Assembly (NCBI GenBank): GCA_963798085.1
Contig: CAWCRS010000003.1
Coordinates: forward strand, 224,001 to 288,000
Length of the DNA: 64,000 bases
Source: an uncultured Gemmatimonadales bacterium
Lineage (GTDB): Bacteria; Gemmatimonadota; Gemmatimonadetes; Longimicrobiales; RSA9
Reading direction: 5' to 3'
The notes under the pieces were generated by a model that had not been told where the DNA came from, made no database searches, and saw only the letters and a list, made by a program, of their open reading frames with translations. Made by a program: the position numbers and the translations under genes. This document shows, piece by piece, positions 20,399-28,569 of the stretch (within the stretch, counting starts at the first letter, position 1; each line of letters starts with the position of its first letter).

Positions 20399-21273
20399 AC
20401 GCACGTTCCACGCGAAGGCATTTCATCGCGATACGCCGCAGTCCTCTGTACTCGCCGCTGCAGCACCGACACAACGACGCGCAGATCCTGGCGCAGGTGT
20501 GCGCCTGCATGGAAGCGCAGGGCTGGGTCGGTGTGCAGATCGAGGAAGCGGACATCGAGAAGGCCCTGCCGCCGCCAGCCGATCTGTATCTCAACATGTG
20601 TCAGGGCCCGGAAGCATCGGCCCGCCTGCTCGAGCTGGAGCGCGAGGGCCGTGCGCTCGTGAATCGCCCGTCCAGCGTGCTCCGCTGTCACCGCCACCGT
20701 CTGGTGCCCGTGCTCTCCGAGTCCGGGCTGCCCTTCCCGCGCACGGTCATCGTGTCGACCGCCGCACAGTCGCCCGCGCTCGCCGCGCTGGAGGCACTGG
20801 CCGGTGCGCATGGTCGAGTCTGGCTGAAGCGCGGCGGCGTGCACGCACAATCTCCCGCTGATGTGCAGCAGGTCGAGCCCGGCCGTGTGCCTGCGGCGCT
20901 GCGTGAATTCGCGCGTCGAGGCATCGAACGGGTGGCCATCCAGCGACACGTGGCCGGGCCGGTCGTGAAATTCTACGCCGTGGCGGGCCGTGGTTTCTTC
21001 CGCTGGTACGACGCCGAGGCCGGCGTCGAAGGTGCGCGGCCCGACGTGGACGATCGGACGCTCCGCGCCATCGCATTCCGCGCGGCAGCGCTGCTCGGTC
21101 TCTCCGTGTTCGGTGGCGATGCCGCGGTGCCATCGCCGGAACGTCCCGTCCTCATCGACGTGAATGACTGGCCGAGCTTCGCCAGCTTCCGCAGCGAGGC
21201 CGCCAGCGCAATTGCGCAGTTCGCCGCCAGCCAGGTCAGTGACAGCACGCTCTCAGGGGCAGGTCTGCGATGA
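20395..21273 (+). CDS. ATP-grasp fold protein
   Basis: ALVNRP, WLKRGG, QRHVAGPVVKFYAV, FGGDAAV, LIDVNDWPSF. Confidence 0.75.
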   Translation: MNARSTRRHFIAIRRSPLYSPLQHRHNDAQILAQVCACMEAQGWVGVQIEEADIEKALPPPADLYLNMCQGPEASARLLELEREGRALVNRPSSVLRCHRHRLVPVLSESGLPFPRTVIVSTAAQSPALAALEALAGAHGRVWLKRGGVHAQSPADVQQVEPGRVPAALREFARRGIERVAIQRHVAGPVVKFYAVAGRGFFRWYDAEAGVEGARPDVDDRTLRAIAFRAAALLGLSVFGGDAAVPSPERPVLIDVNDWPSFASFRSEAASAIAQFAASQVSDSTLSGAGLR

Positions 21274-22595
21274 GCCGCGGTAATCTTTCGGACACCATCT
21301 TCGAGGCCGAGAGTGCATTCCTCGCGCCCGGCATTCAGAGTGTCGCTACGTACAGCCGCCTGTGTCTGGATCGCGGCGAGGGCGCACTGCTGTGGGATGT
21401 GGACGGGCGCCGCTACATCGATCTGCTCGCGGGCGTCGGCGTGGCCAGCCTCGGGTACGCGCACCCGCGCTACGTGGCCGCACTGCAGCAGCAGGTGGCG
21501 CGTGTGCACGTGGGCAGCTTCACTACCGAGAACCGCGCGGTGCTCGTTCGCCTGCTGGCGGAACTCGCGCCCGGCGATCTCAACCGTTCGCAGTTCTACA
21601 GCGGCGGCGCGGAGGCGGTCGAGGCGGCGCTGCGGCTGGCACGCTCGCGTACCGGCAGGTTCGAGGTGATGGCCTTCTGGGGCGGCTTCCACGGCAAGAC
21701 CGGTGGCGTGCTGCCGCTGCTGGGCAGTGAATTCAAGCACGGCCTGGGCCCGCTGGCGCCGGGTGCGTTCAGCTCGCCCTTCGCCAGCTGTGCTAACTGC
21801 GCGTTTGGCATGACCTTCCCCGGTTGCGCCTGGCACTGTGTCGATTTCATCCGCTCCAAGATCGCGCTCGAGACCACCAACCGCGTGGCCGCGATCCTGG
21901 TCGAGCCCATCCAGGGCACCGCGGGCAATATCATCCCGCCGCCCGGCTACCTGCTCGAGCTGCGGCGCCTGGCCGACGAGATCGGAGCGCTGCTGATCTG
22001 CGACGAGATGATCACGGGCTTCGCGCGCACGGGCCGCATGTTCGCCATCGAGCACGATGGGGTCGTGCCCGACGTGCTCATCGTAGGCAAGGGTTTCGGC
22101 GGCGGCTTCCCGATCAGCGCCATCATTGCGCGTGAGGAGATCGCGTTCTCCCGGCCGTTCGCCGACCCCAGTGGCAGTTCCTCGAGCTACGGCGGCAACC
22201 CGATGGGCGCGGCCGCGGCGCGAGCGGTGGTGGAGACGATTCTCGAGGAGGACCTGGTGACGCACTCCGCGCGCGTGGGCCAGCGCATGCTGCGCGAGCT
22301 GCAGAGCTGGGAAGCCGAGCTGCCCATCGTGCGCAATGTGCGCGGGCGTGGCCTGCTGCTGGGCCTGGATCTGGTCGACCCTGCAACAGGCTGTTTGCTG
22401 GACAGAACTGCGACCCGCTGGATCTTTGACAACATGCTGCGTCGTGGCGTGCTCGCCATGATCTACAATCCGGTGGTGCGCATCAATCCGCCACTGGTGA
22501 TCACAGAGGAACTCGCAATGCAGGCACTCGCGGTGATGCGGGAGGTGCTGAATGAAGCTGCAGAACGCATCGTCGTCCCGGCCGCGGCTCGATAA
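21270..22595 (+). CDS. Class III PLP-dependent aminotransferase
   Basis: GGAEAVEAAL, FHGKT, VEPIQG, LLICDEMITGFARTG, PDVLIVGKGFGGG. Confidence 0.95.
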   Translation: MSRGNLSDTIFEAESAFLAPGIQSVATYSRLCLDRGEGALLWDVDGRRYIDLLAGVGVASLGYAHPRYVAALQQQVARVHVGSFTTENRAVLVRLLAELAPGDLNRSQFYSGGAEAVEAALRLARSRTGRFEVMAFWGGFHGKTGGVLPLLGSEFKHGLGPLAPGAFSSPFASCANCAFGMTFPGCAWHCVDFIRSKIALETTNRVAAILVEPIQGTAGNIIPPPGYLLELRRLADEIGALLICDEMITGFARTGRMFAIEHDGVVPDVLIVGKGFGGGFPISAIIAREEIAFSRPFADPSGSSSSYGGNPMGAAAARAVVETILEEDLVTHSARVGQRMLRELQSWEAELPIVRNVRGRGLLLGLDLVDPATGCLLDRTATRWIFDNMLRRGVLAMIYNPVVRINPPLVITEELAMQALAVMREVLNEAAERIVVPAAAR

Positions 22596-23436
22596 GGGCG
22601 ACGCGGTCGAGGAGTGGCTGGATCTGCGTTTCTTCCGGCCGCTCGGCGCACGCCTCGCCAAGGCTGCGCCGCCCTGGCTGAGCGCGGATCACGTCACGCT
22701 CGGCGCCCTGCTGACAGGCCTGGCAGCAGGGCAGTTCTTCATTTATGCGTCGCCCACGCTCAACCTGCTGGGCTTCGTGCTGTTCATCATCTCCGATGTG
22801 CTGGACAGCGCCGATGGCCAGCTGGCTCGCCTGCGCGGCACTTCGACGCGCTTCGGACGCATGCTCGACGGCATGTCCGATTACCTGCGTTTCGGTTCGC
22901 TCTACGGCTTCATGTTCCTGCGACTGTTCCTGACCGGCATGCGCTGGCCCGCGGCGTTGCTGCTCGCGGTGACCGGGGTGATCAGCCATGGCCTGCAGGC
23001 GACGGCCAACGACTTCCTGCGCAACCTCCACCTGTCCGCTGCCGGGCAGGGCGAGCTTGACCTTCCCGAAGACCTGCCCGCGCGCGCGCCGCCGGGATGG
23101 CTCGGGCGCATTGCGCTCTCCGGCTACCGCGGCTACGTGCGCCGGCAGGTGTGGCTGTTCCCGCGCACGTGTGACCTCGTGCGTCGTGCGCGCGCCGGCT
23201 CCAGCGCGCTGCTCGCCGAACTTGCGTCGAGGCAGAAACCGCTGCTGCCGCTGTGTGCGTGGATTGGCCAGAACATCCGCTTCTTCCTGCTCGCCGCGAC
23301 CGCGGGCACCGGCCACCCGGCTGCCTATCTCTGGATTACCATTACCGTGCTCAATGGTCTGCTCGTTTTCCTGATCATCGCACACGAGATGATCGCGACG
23401 CAGCTCATGACGCGGCCCACGGCGGAGGCAGCATGA
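22552..23436 (+). CDS. CDP-alcohol phosphatidyltransferase family protein
   Basis: Signature DVLDSADGQLARLRGTSTRFGRMLDGMSD; multiple TM helices. Confidence 0.92.
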   Translation: MKLQNASSSRPRLDKGDAVEEWLDLRFFRPLGARLAKAAPPWLSADHVTLGALLTGLAAGQFFIYASPTLNLLGFVLFIISDVLDSADGQLARLRGTSTRFGRMLDGMSDYLRFGSLYGFMFLRLFLTGMRWPAALLLAVTGVISHGLQATANDFLRNLHLSAAGQGELDLPEDLPARAPPGWLGRIALSGYRGYVRRQVWLFPRTCDLVRRARAGSSALLAELASRQKPLLPLCAWIGQNIRFFLLAATAGTGHPAAYLWITITVLNGLLVFLIIAHEMIATQLMTRPTAEAA

Positions 23437-24464
23437 GCGCGCGCGTGTACCGGGGTGCGTTCGTCGGCTTCGGCGCCATCGCGCGACAGGCGCACCTGCC
23501 TGCCTTCGAAGGCGATCCCCTGCTGCGCGAGCGCGTACGCATGGTGGCCGCGATCGACATCGCGCACGCATTCAGCGAAAGCGCGGAGGACACGACGGGC
23601 GGGCTGCTGCGTCTCTCGAGCCTCGATCAGCTGGACACAATCGGCGCCATCGACTTCGTGGATGTGTGCACCCCGACGGCGCTGCATGCCGAGCTGGCCG
23701 CGCAGGCGCTGGAGCGGGGACTGCACGTGCTGTGTGAAAAGCCGGTGGCGACGACGCGGGCCGAAGCCGACCGTCTCGCAGCTGCGGCCGCGCGCGGCGG
23801 TGGCCTGCTTCTGCCCTGCCACCAGTATCATTACAATCCCGTCTGGCGTCAGGTCTCGCGGTGGCTCTCTGCCGGCATCATTGGACGCTGGCATCTCGCG
23901 GAGCTGGCCGTCCATCGCCCGGCGGCCGATGGCGGCATCAGGACGGACGGCGTGCCCTGGCGAGGGCTGGGCGCGCACAGCCGCGGTGGCATCCTGCTCG
24001 ATCACGGCACGCACTGGATCTATCTGCTGCTCGCGGCCGGCGGCCGGCCCACCGCCGTCAACGCATGGACAGGCCGCATCCTGCACGCCGAGTACGATGT
24101 GGAAGACACCGTTCATCTGCTGCTGGAATTCCCCGATCGTATTGCATCCCTGTTCCTGACCTGGGCCGGGCACCAGCGCGAGAACCGGCTCCGCTTCACC
24201 GGTGAACACGGCGTTATCGAATGGGATGGGGCGGAGTTGCGCCTGGACGCACGCGATTGCCGCCAGACGCTCGATGTTTCGCAGGAGAACGGCAAGGCGG
24301 CGTACGCGCACTGGTTCGCGGCGCTGTTCCGCGAGTTCGTCAGTGCACTCGATGAGCAGAGGCGGCCCGCACTGGCGGACGAGGTCCGGCCCGTGGCCGA
24401 GGTGCTGGAGAGCGTGTACGGCGCCGCGGCCGCGGGCAGCCGCATGACGGTCGCCGCGGCCTGA
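23433..24464 (+). CDS. Gfo/Idh/MocA family oxidoreductase
   Basis: VGFGAIA, HVLCEKP, GGILLDHGTH motifs; ATGA overlap. Confidence 0.92.
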   Translation: MSARVYRGAFVGFGAIARQAHLPAFEGDPLLRERVRMVAAIDIAHAFSESAEDTTGGLLRLSSLDQLDTIGAIDFVDVCTPTALHAELAAQALERGLHVLCEKPVATTRAEADRLAAAAARGGGLLLPCHQYHYNPVWRQVSRWLSAGIIGRWHLAELAVHRPAADGGIRTDGVPWRGLGAHSRGGILLDHGTHWIYLLLAAGGRPTAVNAWTGRILHAEYDVEDTVHLLLEFPDRIASLFLTWAGHQRENRLRFTGEHGVIEWDGAELRLDARDCRQTLDVSQENGKAAYAHWFAALFREFVSALDEQRRPALADEVRPVAEVLESVYGAAAAGSRMTVAAA

Positions 24465-24527
24465 GCGCAGGCTTCACGATGCGGCCAGGACCGGCGGTAC
24501 CCGCGCGGCATCAGTCTAACAGCGAAT

Positions 24528-26357
24528 TCAGGCCTCCGCGCCACGCTGGAAGAACTCGTCCGCGTCGCGGGCGCTGACGCCCAGTCGCTGCGCCATCGTC
24601 CGGTCTGCCGCCGAACGACCCACCATGGTGCAGCGCGCCAGCGCCAGCTTGTGGCGGAACACGGCTTCGAGCACCAGTCCGGGCAGCGGCTTGCGGCACC
24701 AGCACACGGGCGGCCCCGCCGCGTGCGGGCACCACGCAATGTCGATGTCGATTCCCAGCAGTTCGCGCGCGCGCTCGAAACACGCGCGTACCGCGTCGCT
24801 GCTGGTTTCGCCCCGCGCGAGCTGCGGGCGCCACGCGTGCGCGCAGACATGCCAGCCGTCCGCAGCGTGGCGGCGCAACGTGTCGCGCGTGCCCGGCAGC
24901 AGTTCCTGCGCATCCGGATCGAGCGCAGGCGATCCATCGCGCGCGCAGGCGCAGAGAACATCGTCGTATTCGAGCAGCACCGCGCGCCCTTCGAAGTCAG
25001 GCGGCCACACACGCGCGAACGTGCGTTCCTCAATGTGCGCGAATCCTTCGCCGGCGACAGGCGGCTCGAGCTGCCGTTCCCAGCGAAACTGTGCATCCGG
25101 ACCGAAGTAGCGGTGATCGGCGCGGCCGAGGGCACGCAGCTCCTCCGGCATGGGCAGACGCCCGTGCGCCGCGATCAGCCGTGACGTGGCATTGATCTGC
25201 GCGTCCGCGACATCCGTCTTCAGCCACACGCAGCGCACAGGAACGCCGTGCCGCCACGCGCACTCGATGATCTGGTTGCGATCGGCGCGCGCGGCGTAGG
25301 TGTTGTCCAGCACCCAGCGCCTGTTGCCCGTGCGCAGGCCCGCATCCAGGTGCTCGACCAGGTCCGCGAGCCGCCCACCGCTTTCGTCACGGTTGAGTCG
25401 CGCGTAGCCGCGTTCCACGAACGCCCGGGCGACGCTGCTCTTGCCGGCTGCCGGCATGCCCATCACCAGTACGACATCGCCAGTGGCGTCGGCCCGCGGC
25501 ATGCGCGCCTTGCGCGGCACGCGCAGGAGACGACCCGCCGGGTAGCGCGCGTCGAACCGTTCGCGGTCGGCCTCCGTCAGTCGCAGCGCGCGAACGCGCG
25601 CCAGCGAGCGCGCCGTTTCCACACGCGTCGCGCCGGGAATGGGCAGGATGCCGGAGTGCAGATCGAGCAGCCAGCCGAGCGCCACCTCCGGCGCCGTCAC
25701 GCCATGTGCGCTCGCGATCTCGCGCAGCACAGGCTCGCGCGCGAGACGCGCGGTACGATCGCCCCCAAGCGGCCGGTACGCGATGAGCTGGATCCCATGC
25801 TCAATGCAGTACTCGGCAACGCCATTGTGCAGGTTCCCGGCCTCCAGCAGGCTGAGGCTCACCTGCACGGCTGCAATGTCCGCGATGCGGCGAGCTGCTT
25901 CGATCTGCGTGACGGTGACGTTGCACAGACCAATGCGCCGGATCTGACCGCCAGCCTGCAGCGCCTTGAGCGCGCGCACACTGGTCTCGAGAGAAACGCG
26001 CGGATCCACGGCGTGGAGCTGGTAGAGATCGACAGCGGCGACACCGAGCGCAGCGCAGCTGGCGTCACATGCGGCGCGCAGGTGTGTCGCTCGCCCGTCC
26101 GGAACCCACCGCCCACCCGGCCGCCAGAGTCCACCCTTGGTCGCCACCGTCACGGCAGCACGATCGCCCGGCCAGGTGCGCAGCGCCTGCGCGATGAGCC
26201 GCTCGTTGTGCCCGGTGTCCGCTTCGTCCAGGCAATACGCGTCCGCTGTGTCCAGTAGCGTGGCGCCCGCATCCAGCGCGGCATGGATCACCTCAATGCC
26301 GCGCGCTGCAGCGCGCGCCGGTGCCGTCGAGAGACGCATGCAGCCCAGGCCGATCAT
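24528..26357 (-). CDS. Fusion of aldo/keto reductase, P-loop kinase (AAA_33-like) and degenerate HAD domain
   Basis: AKR: IGLGCMRLS, LDTADAY, ATKGG, LYQLH, PIPGATR; kinase: GMPAAGKS, RLNRD, VLDNT; HAD/GmhB-like: CPH....CWCRKPLPG. Confidence 0.85.
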   Translation of the reverse strand: MIGLGCMRLSTAPARAAARGIEVIHAALDAGATLLDTADAYCLDEADTGHNERLIAQALRTWPGDRAAVTVATKGGLWRPGGRWVPDGRATHLRAACDASCAALGVAAVDLYQLHAVDPRVSLETSVRALKALQAGGQIRRIGLCNVTVTQIEAARRIADIAAVQVSLSLLEAGNLHNGVAEYCIEHGIQLIAYRPLGGDRTARLAREPVLREIASAHGVTAPEVALGWLLDLHSGILPIPGATRVETARSLARVRALRLTEADRERFDARYPAGRLLRVPRKARMPRADATGDVVLVMGMPAAGKSSVARAFVERGYARLNRDESGGRLADLVEHLDAGLRTGNRRWVLDNTYAARADRNQIIECAWRHGVPVRCVWLKTDVADAQINATSRLIAAHGRLPMPEELRALGRADHRYFGPDAQFRWERQLEPPVAGEGFAHIEERTFARVWPPDFEGRAVLLEYDDVLCACARDGSPALDPDAQELLPGTRDTLRRHAADGWHVCAHAWRPQLARGETSSDAVRACFERARELLGIDIDIAWCPHAAGPPVCWCRKPLPGLVLEAVFRHKLALARCTMVGRSAADRTMAQRLGVSARDADEFFQRGAEA

Positions 26358-26386
26358 GGAGCCAAACCGTATGTTAGAAGAAAGGG

Positions 26387-27685
26387 TCAGGCGGACGCGG
26401 TCGCCTGCAGCAGCTCGACCAGCCGCACCATGTCCAGACGCCCGTGCCCCAGCTGGTCGCTGCGGCCACCCGCCGGCGCCGATGCCGGCGCCACGGCCGC
26501 CGCCAGCACGGCGCGAACCTCTGCGGGCGTCGCTGCCGGCCGAACCCGCCGTACCAGCCATGCAGCCGCTGCCACCATGGGGGCGGCGAAGGAAGTGCCA
26601 TTCTGACCACGGTAGCTGTCCCCGTCGAACACCGTAAGGATGTCTTCGCCGGGTGCGGCGATCCAGTTGTGCGGGCCAATGCTGGAGAACTCCCAGCGGC
26701 GATCGAAGCGGCCCGTGGCGCTCACGGCAATGGCATTGGGGTGCGCCGCCGGATACGTGGCGGGACTGCCGCGATCGGCGAAATTGCCCATGGCCGCGAC
26801 TACCACGACGCCGCACTCCACGCACCGGGCGACCAGCGCGTCTGCGGTAGGATCACGCACCGCTGATCCCAGACTCACGTTCAGGACCGGCAGCCGCGAT
26901 CTCGCCACATCGCGGAGCGCTTCGTAGTACGCCGCGCTGTCGAAGAGTCCGTTCGGCCAGGCGTCGTACACGTGCAGCTTGGCCTGGCAGCAACCGGCCA
27001 TGCCGCGCTCACCGCACTCGTCGCGCCGCGCGGCGAGAATCGCGGCCACGCGCGCTGCGTGCGATGCACGGCCGACGACATCACTTTCCGGTGGCACCCA
27101 CTTCGTGATGCAGCCATCCAGGTCCGGATGCTGCGTGGGTCCACCATCATCGATAATGCCCGCCGGCCCCGGATCCTCGCCCTGCTCGAAGAACGCCCAC
27201 ACGCGATCGAAACCGCATTTGCGAAGTCCCCACTGCGCGTGCAGCATGGAATCCGGATAGAACCCGGTCGACAGCGGGTAGTGAATTGCCGGCTGATGCA
27301 CGTGCCGAATGCGCGGATCGCGGCGCAGCTCGTTTTCGAGCCGGCCGCGATCCGCAGGCGAGTCCAGACGCAGGTGGTGCGTACCCGAGAGCCGCCCCTG
27401 CGACGACGTTTCCCGCAACTCCCAGTTCACGCCGCGGTGCGTCGCGGCGCGCGACTCTTCGGCCAATGGCCGCAGTCGCGCGGCCCGGCCCTGCTCCACG
27501 TAGTGCAGCACGGATTCCAGGCCCGGGCCAACGGGATCACCCGATCGCAGCCGTGCGACCGCCGGCCCGCAGCAGCCGGGCTCGGCGATCGCGAAAACCA
27601 GCGTGTGTTCGTCGTACGGCGGCCCGTCCAGCGCGCGCAGATCCCGTTCCTGCCTCACCCCGGCGGACGGTCTGGCTCGCTTCAC
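26387..27685 (-). CDS. S8 subtilisin-like serine peptidase, no evident signal peptide
   Basis: Catalytic triad GIIDDG / SHAARVAAI / NGTSFAAP; oxyanion AAMGN; N-terminal prodomain-like region. Confidence 0.9.
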   Translation of the reverse strand: MKRARPSAGVRQERDLRALDGPPYDEHTLVFAIAEPGCCGPAVARLRSGDPVGPGLESVLHYVEQGRAARLRPLAEESRAATHRGVNWELRETSSQGRLSGTHHLRLDSPADRGRLENELRRDPRIRHVHQPAIHYPLSTGFYPDSMLHAQWGLRKCGFDRVWAFFEQGEDPGPAGIIDDGGPTQHPDLDGCITKWVPPESDVVGRASHAARVAAILAARRDECGERGMAGCCQAKLHVYDAWPNGLFDSAAYYEALRDVARSRLPVLNVSLGSAVRDPTADALVARCVECGVVVVAAMGNFADRGSPATYPAAHPNAIAVSATGRFDRRWEFSSIGPHNWIAAPGEDILTVFDGDSYRGQNGTSFAAPMVAAAAWLVRRVRPAATPAEVRAVLAAAVAPASAPAGGRSDQLGHGRLDMVRLVELLQATASA

Positions 27686-28533
27686 CCCGGGATAGGCGCG
27701 GTGATCGTCAGGCCCACGCAGTCTTCGTCACCCGCCGGACGCATCGGACCCGCCAGAGTGGGGACCGGGAACGTACTCCCGGCGAGCAGCGTCGCGTACT
27801 GTGCCTTCGGCTCTAACAGCCTGTATGCCCACTTGAAGTCCTCGTCCGATTCCTGCACCCTGTGCTTCTTCAGGTCGTTCCACTCGAGCGGGTTGTTGGC
27901 GCAGAGATTGGCCACCTTCAGCGCGATCAGGCCGTTGCGCGGCTTCAGCGGCAGGCTGATGCTGCCGGACCCGTCCAGCCTGCGGATCGTGATGGTCATG
28001 TCATCGCGGTCCGGCACGTTGCGCGTCCACGTGGCGAAGCCGGCGAAATTGCCGGTGTGATTGGGCAGCGCTGGCGCGAACTGTCGCGAGAACACCCAGG
28101 TCGCGTTGCCCGGCACGGCCCGCAGGCTGCCGCCGGGCAGCAGGGTACGGGCCAGCAGCTCCGTGGGCGGCGTCGCCGAAAACAGGTCGTTAGCAAGAGT
28201 CAGTGAGGGCGCGAACTTCGAGGCGTCCGGCAGTACCAGCGACACTTCCTGCATGTCCTGGTCATCCAGCCCCCAGTCGATCACTTCGCGATCGAGCTGG
28301 TGCACGATTTCGTTGCTGGGCGCGCGCAGGTCGCCGGCGGGGACGTCATCACGCAGGTTGGGCAGTGCGAAGCGCACGTAGCCGACGTGCGGCTGCCCTG
28401 TGGTGCCATCCGCATGCACCGGGTCAGACGTGGTGAGGCGGGTGTCCGGCAGCAGAATCGCCACCCGCTTGCCATCCGGCTGCACCACGTAGACGCACAG
28501 CCCTGCGAACTCGACAACCAGATCGAATGCCAT
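27682..28533 (-). CDS. Hypothetical protein (283 aa, predicted beta-rich)
   Basis: Natural-looking ORF with GGGAG RBS; stop overlaps the S8 GTG start; no family recognised. Confidence 0.8.
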   Translation of the reverse strand: MAFDLVVEFAGLCVYVVQPDGKRVAILLPDTRLTTSDPVHADGTTGQPHVGYVRFALPNLRDDVPAGDLRAPSNEIVHQLDREVIDWGLDDQDMQEVSLVLPDASKFAPSLTLANDLFSATPPTELLARTLLPGGSLRAVPGNATWVFSRQFAPALPNHTGNFAGFATWTRNVPDRDDMTITIRRLDGSGSISLPLKPRNGLIALKVANLCANNPLEWNDLKKHRVQESDEDFKWAYRLLEPKAQYATLLAGSTFPVPTLAGPMRPAGDEDCVGLTITAPIPG

Positions 28534-28569
28534 CGTCAGCTCCCGGGGAAAGAGATTACGTGAACTGCG

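Noticed and set aside
27682..28533. Bacterial gasdermin
   Set aside because: Size and protease neighbours fit, but I see no recognisable gasdermin N-terminal motif; kept only as an analogy
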